From contig CAVVLG010000003.1 in the NCBI GenBank assembly GCA_963749085.1, forward strand, positions 5,432 to 69,431: a stretch of 64,000 bases of DNA, given 5' to 3'. Both the position numbers and the translations under genes were made by a program. Below the pieces are notes generated by a model. It saw only the letters and a list, made by a program, of their open reading frames with translations. It was not told the DNA's origin and did no database searches. This DNA is from Candidatus Adlerbacteria bacterium (GTDB lineage Bacteria > Patescibacteriota > Minisyncoccia > Phycocordibacterales > SBAW01). Of the stretch, positions 50,142 to 59,762 are shown in pieces; positions within the stretch are counted from its first letter, which is position 1; each line of letters starts with the position of its first letter.

Positions 50142-50627
50142 ATGGGTGAAGTGGAAGATACATCCTTTGCACTGCTTCGAATCATTTTTGGAATCGTGTG
50201 GCTCGTTGATGCTTCCTTCAAATGGAACCCCGCCTTCATAAATAATTTTACAGAGTATCTGGTTCAAGGCGCCCAAGGTCAACCCGCGCTTGTTCAGGCG
50301 TGGGTTGATATGTGGATTAGAGGAGTGAGTATCGATCCACATTTGTTTGCCGTTATCGTAGCCTGTTCTGAGACGGCAATAGCTATCGGCCTTTTATTCG
50401 GACTGTTCACCGAAGTTGCGATTGCGGGCGGTATCGCCATGACGCTGGTCATTTGGTCTACGGCTGAGGGATTTGGCGGACCATATGTTGCAGGATCGAC
50501 CGACATTGGTGCGGCAATAATATACGCACTACTGTTTGTCGCCCTGTGGCTTGGACGATGTTGGCGATATTACAGTCTTGATTCATATATCAAACAGCGA
50601 TTGCCTTCTTTGTATTGGCGTTGGTGA
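50142..50627 (+). CDS. DoxX / TQO small subunit DoxD-like membrane protein
   Basis: LRIIFGIVWLVDASFKW, WSTAEGFGGPY..TDIG, SLD. Confidence 0.75.
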   Translation: MGEVEDTSFALLRIIFGIVWLVDASFKWNPAFINNFTEYLVQGAQGQPALVQAWVDMWIRGVSIDPHLFAVIVACSETAIAIGLLFGLFTEVAIAGGIAMTLVIWSTAEGFGGPYVAGSTDIGAAIIYALLFVALWLGRCWRYYSLDSYIKQRLPSLYWRW

Positions 50628-50683
50628 AAAAAGTAGGTTTCGACATCAGACCGATACCAAAAAAATCGCGGAACGGCTGTCCT

Positions 50684-51562
50684 ATGAAAAAATCTAGAGA
50701 ATATATCGCCAAGGGAATCGGTCTTTTGTGGCTTTTGGACGGACTGCTCCAGTTTCAACCACAGATGTTTGGTCCGAACTTCGTGACTAATATTCTCTCA
50801 CCACTCCTGAACAATCAACCAGCCTTCCTAAACCTGCTCATCACTTGGGGTATACGTCTCTGGAACACGAATACGGCCATAACGGACACTATGGCTGCCT
50901 TGCTACAAATAGCCATAGGGGTACTGCTGTTTTTCCCTCTTTCAAGCAAAACGTTCAAGGTGGGCCTCTGGATATCCATAGTGTGGGGTACTATCGTGTG
51001 GCTGTGCGGAGAAGGCGCGGGGCTGCTTTTCACAGGTGGCGCGAGTTTTTACACCGGAGCGCCCGGCGCGGTCTTTGTGTACGTACTTATAGCGATACTT
51101 CTACTAATTCCCAATAAAGTGAGCGCTGAATGGTACCCGAAGATCGTTGGTTGGATATGCATATTCGGATCGCTCTTGCAATTGCAACCTTCTCTTTGGA
51201 CGACCGGAGGAGTCCAGGGGAATTTTATGACGTCCATGATGGATCCGCTTCATGCCTTGAGCGCCTGGCCGAACATGCTTTACAATGCCGTCGGTTTTCA
51301 TCCTGTCTTATCAAATTTTCAGCTCGCTCTTGTCCTGTGCATCGTAGGGGTATTGCTGGTGCTTAAACCAAATAAAATAATTGGTGTGATTGCACTCCTG
51401 TTTCTCTTTTTGGTATGGTGGTTCGGACAGGATTTCGGCCAGCTCTCCACTCTTTTTGTCGGCACCGCCACCGATCCCAATACCGCTCCCTTGTTGGCTC
51501 TCTTGATGCTGCCACTATTCTTCGGCCGCACAACGAAAGAATCAGTTCCTGCAGCAATCTAA
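50684..51562 (+). CDS. membrane protein with duplicated DoxX-like halves
   Basis: WLLDGLLQFQP..WLCGEG..GAPG and LLQLQP..WWFGQDFG..TDPNTAP. Confidence 0.7.
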   Translation: MKKSREYIAKGIGLLWLLDGLLQFQPQMFGPNFVTNILSPLLNNQPAFLNLLITWGIRLWNTNTAITDTMAALLQIAIGVLLFFPLSSKTFKVGLWISIVWGTIVWLCGEGAGLLFTGGASFYTGAPGAVFVYVLIAILLLIPNKVSAEWYPKIVGWICIFGSLLQLQPSLWTTGGVQGNFMTSMMDPLHALSAWPNMLYNAVGFHPVLSNFQLALVLCIVGVLLVLKPNKIIGVIALLFLFLVWWFGQDFGQLSTLFVGTATDPNTAPLLALLMLPLFFGRTTKESVPAAI

Positions 51563-51813
51563 GAAAGATTTGGCTTTCTAACGAAGCCCTGTGCATCGAG
51601 TTGGAGCCAATCCATTATCTTTTTGCGATGCTCAGAAAGTGACCACTGATCTTCGTGCTTAAAAAATGACTGGTGCTCTTGCCGATACTGAAGGAGCAGC
51701 GCAAAAGAGGCTTTCGGGAAGTTTTCCGGAATAGTCGCGTTGTACGAGAGGAGAAATTCCTTCACTGACATCAAATTCTCGCTTGGATCAAACTTTTTAG
51801 AAAATGATTTCAT
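51559..51813 (-). CDS. hypothetical protein
   Basis: Short ORF with TACCAT -10 upstream. Confidence 0.55.
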   Translation of the reverse strand: MKSFSKKFDPSENLMSVKEFLLSYNATIPENFPKASFALLLQYRQEHQSFFKHEDQWSLSEHRKKIMDWLQLDAQGFVRKPNLS

Positions 51814-51846
51814 CACTCGCCATGGTAGCATGGACAAAGCGAAAAA

Positions 51847-53496
51847 TCAATTTTCATTTTTTCCGGCGGCTTTCATAAAGGCCACGAACAAAGGGTGGGG
51901 TTTAAGCGGACGTGACAGAAATTCCGGATGAAATTGCGTGCCAAGAAAAAACGGGTGTACTTCTTTAGGAAGTTCTGCTATTTCCATAAGCACCCCATCA
52001 GGCGAGCGGCCGCTGAAGACGAGCCCCGCCTCTTCCAGACGCGAAATATACTTCGGATTTATTTCATAGCGGTGCCGGTGACGCTCCGATATTTTTGGAC
52101 TTCCGTAGGCCGCACGGGCAATACTTCCCTCTGTGAGCTTACAAGGATATGCACCGAGCCGCATGGTCCCGCCGTAGGACTCCTTCGCGAGATGTTCTTT
52201 TTGCGACTCCATGACCGCAACCACCGGATGCGGCGCGTCGTGATCAATTTCAGTCGTGTGCGCGCCGGTAAGTTTTGCTTTGTGGCGCGCGTACTCGATA
52301 ACCATGAGCTGCATACCATAACACAGCCCGAAATACGGTATGCCCTTCTCCCGCACGTACTCGATAACCTTTAGCTTGCCTTCAATACCCGTCTCGCCGA
52401 AGCCACCGGGAATGAGGACGCCTTGAAACTTGTCGAGTTCACTGAGTGACAGCTTCCCCGACTCGAAATCCTTGGAATTCAAGTACGTTATCTTCGGCTT
52501 CAATCCCAGATGATGCGCGGCGGTTTTGAGCGCCTCTAAAACTGATATATACACGTCCGAAAGGACAAATTCGCCGGAATCGAAGTACTTCCCTACCACG
52601 GCGACGGTGACTTCCTTGCCGCCGTTCTTTGACTTCTTAACAAATCCGCGCCAGTCCTGAAGTTTGCTCTTTCTTTTTGAGAGCCCCAATACTTCCGTCA
52701 AAATGTCGCCGAGACCGTCTTTCTCGTAATTAAGCGGCACGTCATAGATGCTTTCTACGTCTGGGGCGGAGATGACGCGCCCGGGCTCGATGTTACAGAA
52801 CAGCGCTATTTTTTCTTTGCGCTTCTGATCAAGCGGCACAATGGCGCGCGCCAGAATAACGTCGGCCTGGAGCCCTGCGGAATTCAACTCCCGGCTCGCA
52901 TACTGTGTGGGCTTCGTCTTCATCTCACCGATGTTGCTGGGGATAGGAACATAGGAGAGCATGACCGTGGCGACGTCCTTCGGACATTCCTGCTTGAGCA
53001 TGCGGGCCGCTTCAAGAAAAATAATATTCTGGTATTCGCCTATGGTTCCTCCTACCTCAATGAGCGTAATATCGGCTTTCGCCTTTTTCTGCGCTTCTTT
53101 GATGCGGCGCAGAACTTCGAGCGGCACATGCGGAACCACCTCGACGTTTTTTCCTTTATATTCAAGATTGCGTTCGCGCCGGATGATTTCCCTATACACG
53201 CGTCCCGTGGTCATGTAGTTGATGCTCGAAAGGGTCTCACCCAAAAAACGCTCGTAGTTTCCCATGTCCTGATCGGTCTCATACCCGTCATCAAGCACAA
53301 ACACTTCGCCATGTTCGGTCGGGTTCATAGTGCCCGCATCGACATTGATGTACGGGTCAATCTTAAGGGCGGTGACCTTGAAGCCCTTGGATTTCAAAAT
53401 CCTTGCCATCGCCGAGGTGGCCACCCCTTTGCCGATGCCGCTCATCACTCCGCCGACTATGAAAATGAATTTGGGAGTCTTTTTGCGGGCAGCCAT
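51847..53496 (-). CDS. pyrG: CTP synthase
   Basis: GGVMSGIGKG, KIDPYINVD, KTKPTQ, GLCYG, QFHPE. Confidence 0.97.
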   Translation of the reverse strand: MAARKKTPKFIFIVGGVMSGIGKGVATSAMARILKSKGFKVTALKIDPYINVDAGTMNPTEHGEVFVLDDGYETDQDMGNYERFLGETLSSINYMTTGRVYREIIRRERNLEYKGKNVEVVPHVPLEVLRRIKEAQKKAKADITLIEVGGTIGEYQNIIFLEAARMLKQECPKDVATVMLSYVPIPSNIGEMKTKPTQYASRELNSAGLQADVILARAIVPLDQKRKEKIALFCNIEPGRVISAPDVESIYDVPLNYEKDGLGDILTEVLGLSKRKSKLQDWRGFVKKSKNGGKEVTVAVVGKYFDSGEFVLSDVYISVLEALKTAAHHLGLKPKITYLNSKDFESGKLSLSELDKFQGVLIPGGFGETGIEGKLKVIEYVREKGIPYFGLCYGMQLMVIEYARHKAKLTGAHTTEIDHDAPHPVVAVMESQKEHLAKESYGGTMRLGAYPCKLTEGSIARAAYGSPKISERHRHRYEINPKYISRLEEAGLVFSGRSPDGVLMEIAELPKEVHPFFLGTQFHPEFLSRPLKPHPLFVAFMKAAGKNEN

Positions 53497-53511
53497 ACTC
53501 TAGTAGGTATA

Positions 53512-54444
53512 TCAGATTCTGAGATATCGTCTAACGGCGAGATAGCTTGCAATGCCTCCGAGGAGGATACCGGAACCAACGATGATAAGGAAAAGCAGGG
53601 CAAAATTATCCAAATAATAGGAGAAGACGTTAATGCCGCCGAAGAAATTTTCGGTCGTATTTCCCATCCACCACGTGAGCGGATAAAAAAGAAGCAGCGT
53701 AATGAGACCGGCGATGAGCCCGTACATGACTCCCTCAACTATGAAGGGTGCCCTGATATAGCCTTGGGTCGCGCCGACGAGCCGCATGACCGATATCTCT
53801 TCTCGCGAAGTGTAAATAGCGAGTCTCAGCGTATTGAAGGAGATGGCGACCGTGACCACAACGAAGATAGCAATAATGGCGAGGCCTATCCATTTGGCCG
53901 AGTCGGTTATCTGTGCCAACTCCGTTATGGCGTTTTGCTGCGCCGGATCAAAGTAATTTATTTTGTCTATGATTTGCGGCTGGCCATTTTGGAGGGCCTC
54001 CTGACCCTGGAGGAAGTCGGCTATGGAGCCGTAGTCGGAAATATCCTTCGCCTTGATGTTCAGCACCGCCCCCAAGGGATTCGTGCCCAGCTCATTGAGT
54101 GCCTGGAGCGTCAACTGGTCGTTCGCATGCGTTTGCTGGAACTGCGCGAGCGCCTGGTCGGCAGAGATGTATTGGGTCGAGGCGACTTCAGGAAGCGCGT
54201 TGACAGACGCTTGCAGCGCCAAAATCTGGCTCTCCGGAGCGTCAGTGGTGAAATAGACGTTCATGTCCGCCTTGTCGCGGAATTGCTGAAGGGTGGTGTT
54301 GAGGATGGCGCCGGTGAAAATGGCGAGTCCGATAATAAAAAGCGTGAAGACCATCATCATGATTGAGGCAAAAGAGACGAAGCCATTGCGCCAGAAATCG
54401 AGAAAGCCCGCTCGGAATATTCTTTTTACGGTCATCCAATCCAT
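53512..54444 (-). CDS. ftsX: cell division permease FtsX
   Basis: EISVMRLVGAT..IRAPF; follows ftsE. Confidence 0.92.
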   Translation of the reverse strand: MDWMTVKRIFRAGFLDFWRNGFVSFASIMMMVFTLFIIGLAIFTGAILNTTLQQFRDKADMNVYFTTDAPESQILALQASVNALPEVASTQYISADQALAQFQQTHANDQLTLQALNELGTNPLGAVLNIKAKDISDYGSIADFLQGQEALQNGQPQIIDKINYFDPAQQNAITELAQITDSAKWIGLAIIAIFVVVTVAISFNTLRLAIYTSREEISVMRLVGATQGYIRAPFIVEGVMYGLIAGLITLLLFYPLTWWMGNTTENFFGGINVFSYYLDNFALLFLIIVGSGILLGGIASYLAVRRYLRI

Positions 54445-54446
54445 AC

Positions 54447-55127
54447 CTACAGTATATACTTCCCTTCCCGGTCATCCCGGATAACCTTGCCGCGGTCCAT
54501 GGTGATGACGCGCTTCTTCAGCGAATCGATGACGCCTTTGTTGTGCGTCGTTAAAATAATGGTCGTTCCTAAATCGTTTATCTTTTTTAAAATTTGAACG
54601 ACTTCAAACGTGTTGACGGGATCAAGGTTGCCGGTCGGCTCATCGGCCACGATGACGTCCGGCTGATTCACTATCGCGCGGGCAATGGCGACACGCTGTT
54701 GCTCCCCGCCGGAGAGCTCGTCGGGAAAGTTATTAAGCTTGTCACCTAAATCGACAAGCTCGAGCACATGCGGCACATCAGAGCGAATTTCCTCCTCAAC
54801 TCTTCCGGCAGCCTCCATGGCAAATGCGATGTTTTCGTAGGCTGTTTTGGTCGGAAGCAGCTTAAAATCCTGAAATACCGTGCCGATTTTGCGCCGCAAG
54901 TCATTGATGCGATTCATTGGTATCTCATGCACGTTTATCGACTCGAAAAACACCGAGCCGGAGGAGGGTCGCTCTTCGGCGAGAAGCATTTTGATGAGGG
55001 TAGTCTTCCCAGCGCCTGAGTGGCCGACGATGGAGATGAATTCTCCGGGCTCAACCGAGAAACTCACGTCCTCCAGTGCAACAGAATTATCGGCGTAAAT
55101 TTTGCTTACGCGATCGTAATATATCAC
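54447..55127 (-). CDS. ftsE: cell division ATPase FtsE
   Basis: GHSGAGKT, VFQDFKLL, LSGGEQQR, DEPTGNLD. Confidence 0.95.
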   Translation of the reverse strand: MIYYDRVSKIYADNSVALEDVSFSVEPGEFISIVGHSGAGKTTLIKMLLAEERPSSGSVFFESINVHEIPMNRINDLRRKIGTVFQDFKLLPTKTAYENIAFAMEAAGRVEEEIRSDVPHVLELVDLGDKLNNFPDELSGGEQQRVAIARAIVNQPDVIVADEPTGNLDPVNTFEVVQILKKINDLGTTIILTTHNKGVIDSLKKRVITMDRGKVIRDDREGKYIL

Positions 55128-55171
55128 AACCTTCTTATTGTACCCGCAATCCCCTGATGCGCAAAATAGCC

Positions 55172-56044
55172 TTATTCTTGAGCTTTTTCCAAAAAGGGCT
55201 CGAGGTCGCCCCCAAGCACGCCTTCGACGTCGCGAACCTCCATACCTGTGCGGTGGTCCTTGACCAACTTGTAAGGGTGGAGGACGTAGGAGCGTATCTG
55301 GTTACCCCATTCGATTTTGTTGGATGCGGTGGAAAGATCGTCTATTTTTTCCTTACGTTCCGCTTCAAGCTGCCGCAGGAGTTTCGCTTTCACTATCGCC
55401 AAGGCCTTTTCTTTGTTAGCCCCTTGCGTACGTTCCCCGTCAACGTGCGCTGAGATGCCGGTTGGCCTGTGCACGATGCGTACCGCTGTCTCGCGTTTGT
55501 TGACATTTTGCCCCCCGGGACCCGAGGAGCGCGCGACCGTTATCTCCAGATCGCTCTCCGGTATCTCAATGGTTGAAATTGTATCTATCACCGGAAGCAC
55601 CTCAACGAGCACGAACGATGTCTGTCGTTTTTTATTTGCATTGAACGGCGATATGCGCACCAGACGGTGCACACCGTATTCTCCTTTGAGCGTACCGTAG
55701 GCATGCGTACCCTCGACTTCTATAGAAAGGTTTCGGTAGCCGCCATGGTCGTTTTCGTTTTTATGCAATACCCGCCAACTCCAGGCACGTTTTTCTATGT
55801 ATTTGCGGTACATTTCAAACAGCATGTGCGCGAAATCTTCGGCATCATCTCCACCTGCGCCTGCCACAAACGTGACGACGGCATTCCCCTTGTCGTAGGT
55901 ATTGCCGTCTTCCGCGAGCGTTTTCAAATCATGCAGTTCTTTAATAAGGGCTTGGGCTTCAGCAGGATTGCTCCAAAAGTTCGCCTGTTGCATGGCGGCC
56001 TCAATCTCCTGTATGTGCAGGACTATTTCCTCCTTTGATTGCAT
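55172..56044 (-). CDS. prfB: peptide chain release factor 2 (short form)
   Basis: HRLVRISPF, GPGGQNVN, WGNQIRSY. Confidence 0.92.
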   Translation of the reverse strand: MQSKEEIVLHIQEIEAAMQQANFWSNPAEAQALIKELHDLKTLAEDGNTYDKGNAVVTFVAGAGGDDAEDFAHMLFEMYRKYIEKRAWSWRVLHKNENDHGGYRNLSIEVEGTHAYGTLKGEYGVHRLVRISPFNANKKRQTSFVLVEVLPVIDTISTIEIPESDLEITVARSSGPGGQNVNKRETAVRIVHRPTGISAHVDGERTQGANKEKALAIVKAKLLRQLEAERKEKIDDLSTASNKIEWGNQIRSYVLHPYKLVKDHRTGMEVRDVEGVLGGDLEPFLEKAQE

Positions 56045-56151
56045 AGAGGTGAGTATAGCACAGACTTGACTTTTATATAAAATATGTGATACCTTGGTCT
56101 GCGGAAGACCAATTCGAATCTACCTACACACCTACGCACTGGAGGTGCACT

Positions 56152-56760
56152 GTGGCCAAAACCATTCTTATGAGACTTCCGGGTCTTGCCCACTATCAAT
56201 TGGGCGATATCGACGATTGGGCATCGCTCATATTTCCGAGGGTGTTCTGCGGTTCAGAGCTATTCACTGCAGGGCAGCTGATGGGTTGGGAGAAGCGAGG
56301 TGATAGGCCCCTATGCGGATATATCTCTGTTATCGACCCAAAATTCGGTTCGCGGGCCAAACATAAACTCGCTGCCGGGCATAAGAAAAGCCTCGAAAAG
56401 ACTCTTCCGGGAGAAATTCCCGACGAGACACCACTCGATACGGCAATCAGGGAGTTGGAGGGCGAGACTGGCATCAAAGCTTTGCCCGAGGCATTTCGTT
56501 ATGTCAACAAATGGCTCGGGGCCCGTGGCAATCACTGGAAATGTCTGTTCACTGCGGACATCACGGAAGGAGACCGCGACTGGATGAACAATCATCACAA
56601 GGAGAACGAGGGCGAGATGCCGAAGTTCTTCACTGTTGATGAGTTCTACTCCATAGTTCGGGAAGGCAAGTTCATGGCCGAGCACTACCAAAAGCTTGAA
56701 GAATTTGGACTTATCCTCCCACTTGGTCGTGACCGTCACAACACTAAAGCGACAGCATAG
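56152..56760 (+). CDS. NUDIX domain protein
   Basis: ETPLDTAIRELEGETG; GGAGG before GTG. Confidence 0.7.
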   Translation: MAKTILMRLPGLAHYQLGDIDDWASLIFPRVFCGSELFTAGQLMGWEKRGDRPLCGYISVIDPKFGSRAKHKLAAGHKKSLEKTLPGEIPDETPLDTAIRELEGETGIKALPEAFRYVNKWLGARGNHWKCLFTADITEGDRDWMNNHHKENEGEMPKFFTVDEFYSIVREGKFMAEHYQKLEEFGLILPLGRDRHNTKATA

Positions 56761-56767
56761 CCGACCA

Positions 56768-56809
56768 TGCCGTAGAGTCCTGTGAAGGACATCTACGGCT
56801 TCTTTTTTC
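56768..56809 (+). terminator. intrinsic terminator
   Basis: GCCGTAGA..GTCC/GGAC..TCTACGGC stem then T-run. Confidence 0.6.
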
Positions 56810-56821
56810 AAAAAAATTCTG

Positions 56822-56894
56822 AGCCGAGGGGGAGAATCGAACTCCCGACCTGCGGTTTACGATACCGCTGCTCTACCAGCTGAGCTACCTCGGC
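56822..56894 (-). tRNA. tRNA-Thr(CGU)
   Basis: GCCGAGG acceptor, GCGGT-ATCGTAA-ACCGC anticodon arm. Confidence 0.95.
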
Positions 56895-56927
56895 AAACAA
56901 AAAACAATTCCTGAAACTATATCAGGG

Positions 56928-57000
56928 AGCCGAAGGCCGGAATCGAACCGGCGACCTACTCCTTACCATGGAGTTGCTCTACCATCTGAGCTACTTCGGC
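56928..57000 (-). tRNA. tRNA-Thr(GGU)
   Basis: GCCGAAG acceptor, anticodon GGT, GGTTCGATTCC. Confidence 0.95.
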
Positions 57001-57091
57001 TTGCAAAAGCTCTTGCACAGTAGCGTATTTTCGAGACTTTTTCAATTTATAAGCGAGGCTCTTTTGTATCGTTAAGAGTCGCCATGTCGCT

Positions 57092-57391
57092 TCACGGAGA
57101 CGTCCATCCCTCCATCGGGAACGCAGCGATGACAATGCAGGCTCCGAGGAATACCAACCACCATACGGAGGCGCCTAATATCACTACGAACAGAACGCCA
57201 ACACTGGGGATGAAATCTACTACTCGCCATAGACTCGGCTTCTCGCTGAATTCGTATACGGATATACATACAGAGACAAGGGCAAGAATAAAAATAATCC
57301 ATAAGGGTACTGGCCTGCCATAAGCCAAGTAGACACCGAGAAATGCAATTGATAATCCGGCTAAGGCGTCGACTGTTTGTTTCCAAGTCAT
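57092..57391 (-). CDS. small membrane protein between tRNAs
   Basis: Four hydrophobic segments; TATAGT upstream. Confidence 0.55.
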   Translation of the reverse strand: MTWKQTVDALAGLSIAFLGVYLAYGRPVPLWIIFILALVSVCISVYEFSEKPSLWRVVDFIPSVGVLFVVILGASVWWLVFLGACIVIAAFPMEGWTSP

Positions 57392-57419
57392 ATACTTAGA
57401 CTATACCTATTCCTCCGTG

Positions 57420-57493
57420 CGCGAGAGACGGGACTTGAACCCGCAACCTCCGCCGTGACAGGGCGGCGCTCTAACCAGTTGAGCTACTCCCGC
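57420..57493 (-). tRNA. tRNA-Asp(GUC)
   Basis: GCGGGAG acceptor, CCGCC-CTGTCAC-GGCGG anticodon arm. Confidence 0.95.
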
Positions 57494-57557
57494 ATATATG
57501 CGACAAACAAGGCTACTTTAGCTTAAAAACAGAGGGTTTTCCAGTTTTTTTAACGGG

Positions 57558-57631
57558 TGTCGGCGGAAGGACTTGCACCTTCGACCTTGGGTTTATGAGT
57601 CCCATGCTCTAACTACCTGAGCTACGCCGAC
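57558..57631 (-). tRNA. tRNA with CAU anticodon (elongator Met or Ile2)
   Basis: GTCGGCG acceptor, TGGGA-CTCATAA-ACCCA; T-loop TGCAAGT. Confidence 0.9.
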
Positions 57632-57651
57632 GTGAAGTCAAAGTAGCATTT

Positions 57652-58140
57652 TTAAGCCTTCCCTTCAACGCGACTTTGCAGTTTTTGATAAATATCTGCG
57701 TACGCGAGCATCGTCACCGGAATACTGACTAAAAGCCCCACAAAGAAAAGAAGCAGACCAATGATATTGAGTACGAGAATAACCAGCAGAAAGCCGAGGA
57801 GGTGCCACTTAACCCCCTGCGTCATGAGAGCACTTTTCCGCAAGCTCTCGAGGATACCGTTGCCGTCTACGGCAGAGAACCTTACCATTGAATAGCGCAA
57901 GAGCAGATAAATACCCGGCACGATAAGGAGAATGAGTCCGACGACTATGACAACTGCAGCCAAGAGAGAGGCAGCGGTATATACAACGACGACGCGCGTC
58001 GACGGAAGAATGTCTTTGTATGAAGTACGTTGGCCACGGGCAATTTTAAGCAGCACTACTGTGAACCCTGCGCTTACGATAACGCTTACGAGAAGAAGTA
58101 CGAATGCCGCAAGAATTCCCTCAAGGCTATTACCAAAAAC
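57652..58140 (-). pseudogene. 5'-truncated integral membrane protein (DUF975-like)
   Basis: GLILLIVPGIY..ESLRKS..GVKWHL; upstream frame FGNSLEGILAAF.. has no start and merges into the GT2 gene. Confidence 0.6.
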
Positions 58141-58808
58141 GCGTACCTCTCTTGGATCCGTGCTTTTGATATGGAGGTCCCTTGGTTTACCATCCGATAT
58201 TTCATGAGCACATCCTCGATATTTCCAAAATTGCTAATCTTCCCAATACGGAAATAGAGGTCATAATCTTGGGCAATGGCCAAGACAGGACCATACTCAA
58301 ATTTCTTTGCCACCTCGGCTCTGAGAATAACCAGCGGGTGTGAGAAGGGACTGTATCTGAAGAGCTTTTTCCGTATTTCGGTATCGGTCAGGTTGTATCT
58401 CCTGTATCCGATTCGCTCCAATTTTTCATTGCAGACCTCCATCGTGCCGCCGCTCACACCGACCTCCAGGTGAGCTTCCATATAGTCGAATTGCTTTTGC
58501 AATCTGTCAGGATAACTCCAATCGTCCGCATCCATACGTGCGATGTATTTACCTTTTGTTAGTAACAATCCCTTGTTAAGCGTATGCGAGACCATGAGAT
58601 TCTTTTCGTTTCTGAAGCTCGCGATGCGAGCGTCTTTTGCAGCATACTTCTTAATAATCTCGGGAGTCGCGTCGCTACTGCAATCATCGATAATAATTAA
58701 TTCAAAATCTTTGAATGTTTGGTTGAGAATACTTTCAATAGCCTCGCCGATATATTTCTCGGCGTTATACGCAGGCATCAGCACTGATATCTTTGGTGTA
58801 GCTTCCAT
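58086..58808 (-). CDS. GT2 glycosyltransferase, C-terminus probably truncated
   Basis: SVLMPAYN, DDCSSD, ARMDADD, QDYDL. Confidence 0.85.
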   Translation of the reverse strand: MEATPKISVLMPAYNAEKYIGEAIESILNQTFKDFELIIIDDCSSDATPEIIKKYAAKDARIASFRNEKNLMVSHTLNKGLLLTKGKYIARMDADDWSYPDRLQKQFDYMEAHLEVGVSGGTMEVCNEKLERIGYRRYNLTDTEIRKKLFRYSPFSHPLVILRAEVAKKFEYGPVLAIAQDYDLYFRIGKISNFGNIEDVLMKYRMVNQGTSISKARIQERYAFLVIALREFLRHSYFFS

Positions 58809-58814
58809 ATTCCT

Positions 58815-59762
58815 CTATTCGCGCGGCTTGCGCACCACATAGAGCGGGCGGCGTGAGATTTCCTCATTGATACGCCCGACGTAGAGCGCCACAATGCCGA
58901 GCGCCATCAGCACGACGCCTATCAGAAAGGCATTGATGATGGAAAGTTGCGCAGTGCCCGAGACACCCCAGTGCAGTGCGTCCCTAAACACGTACCGTTC
59001 AAGAAATACGGTCACGCCGAGCAGGAATGAAACTACCGTAATGAAAAAGCCAAGGTACCCGGCAGCGCGTAGCGGGAAGAGCGAGTTTGCCGCGATGGAG
59101 TTGATGGCAAGGCGGAAAAGCTTCACGAAGGAATACTGCGCCTCCCCGTGCAAACGGGCTGGCGCGACAAAGGGAATTATTTCCTTCCTGTATCCGAGCC
59201 AGGATATAAGAGAGCGGGTCATGCGCCCGCGTTCGTGGAGCATTGAGAACGCATCCACCACCTCGCGGTCAAGCAGGCAGAAGTCGGTCTCTCCCGGTAT
59301 GGTCGGCGTATCCGAGATGCGAGACATGAGCGCATGAAAGAGCTTTGAGCCGTATCGCTTCACAGTGCCTTCGCCGTTGTTGCTTGAACGCACGCCCACG
59401 ACAACTTCTACCCCCCCCTCCCAGCGTTTGATAAACTCCGGGATGAGTTGTGGCGGATGCTGGAGATCGGCGTCCAGGCAAATCACCGCATCTCCCACGG
59501 CTTCACGTATACCGGCCGTGGTAGCGGCCTCCTTGCCGAAGTTGCGGGTGAACTCGATGCCGCGTACCGCTTCGTCCTTGGCTGTCAGCGCATTAATTGC
59601 GGCCTGACTGCCGTCTTTGCTCCCGTCATTCACGAAAAGGATCTCGTACGCGTAATGGAACGCCGGGCCTCCGACTATCGTATGGACTTCCGAATAGACG
59701 AGCGGAATATTCTTTTCCTCATTGTGCACCGGTATGACGATGGAAATTAGTTTCTTTTTCAT
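58815..59762 (-). CDS. GT2 polyprenol-phosphate glycosyltransferase (GtrB-like)
   Basis: VNDGSKD, RNFGKEAA, DADLQHPP, two C-terminal TMs, RPLYVV. Confidence 0.9.
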   Translation of the reverse strand: MKKKLISIVIPVHNEEKNIPLVYSEVHTIVGGPAFHYAYEILFVNDGSKDGSQAAINALTAKDEAVRGIEFTRNFGKEAATTAGIREAVGDAVICLDADLQHPPQLIPEFIKRWEGGVEVVVGVRSSNNGEGTVKRYGSKLFHALMSRISDTPTIPGETDFCLLDREVVDAFSMLHERGRMTRSLISWLGYRKEIIPFVAPARLHGEAQYSFVKLFRLAINSIAANSLFPLRAAGYLGFFITVVSFLLGVTVFLERYVFRDALHWGVSGTAQLSIINAFLIGVVLMALGIVALYVGRINEEISRRPLYVVRKPRE

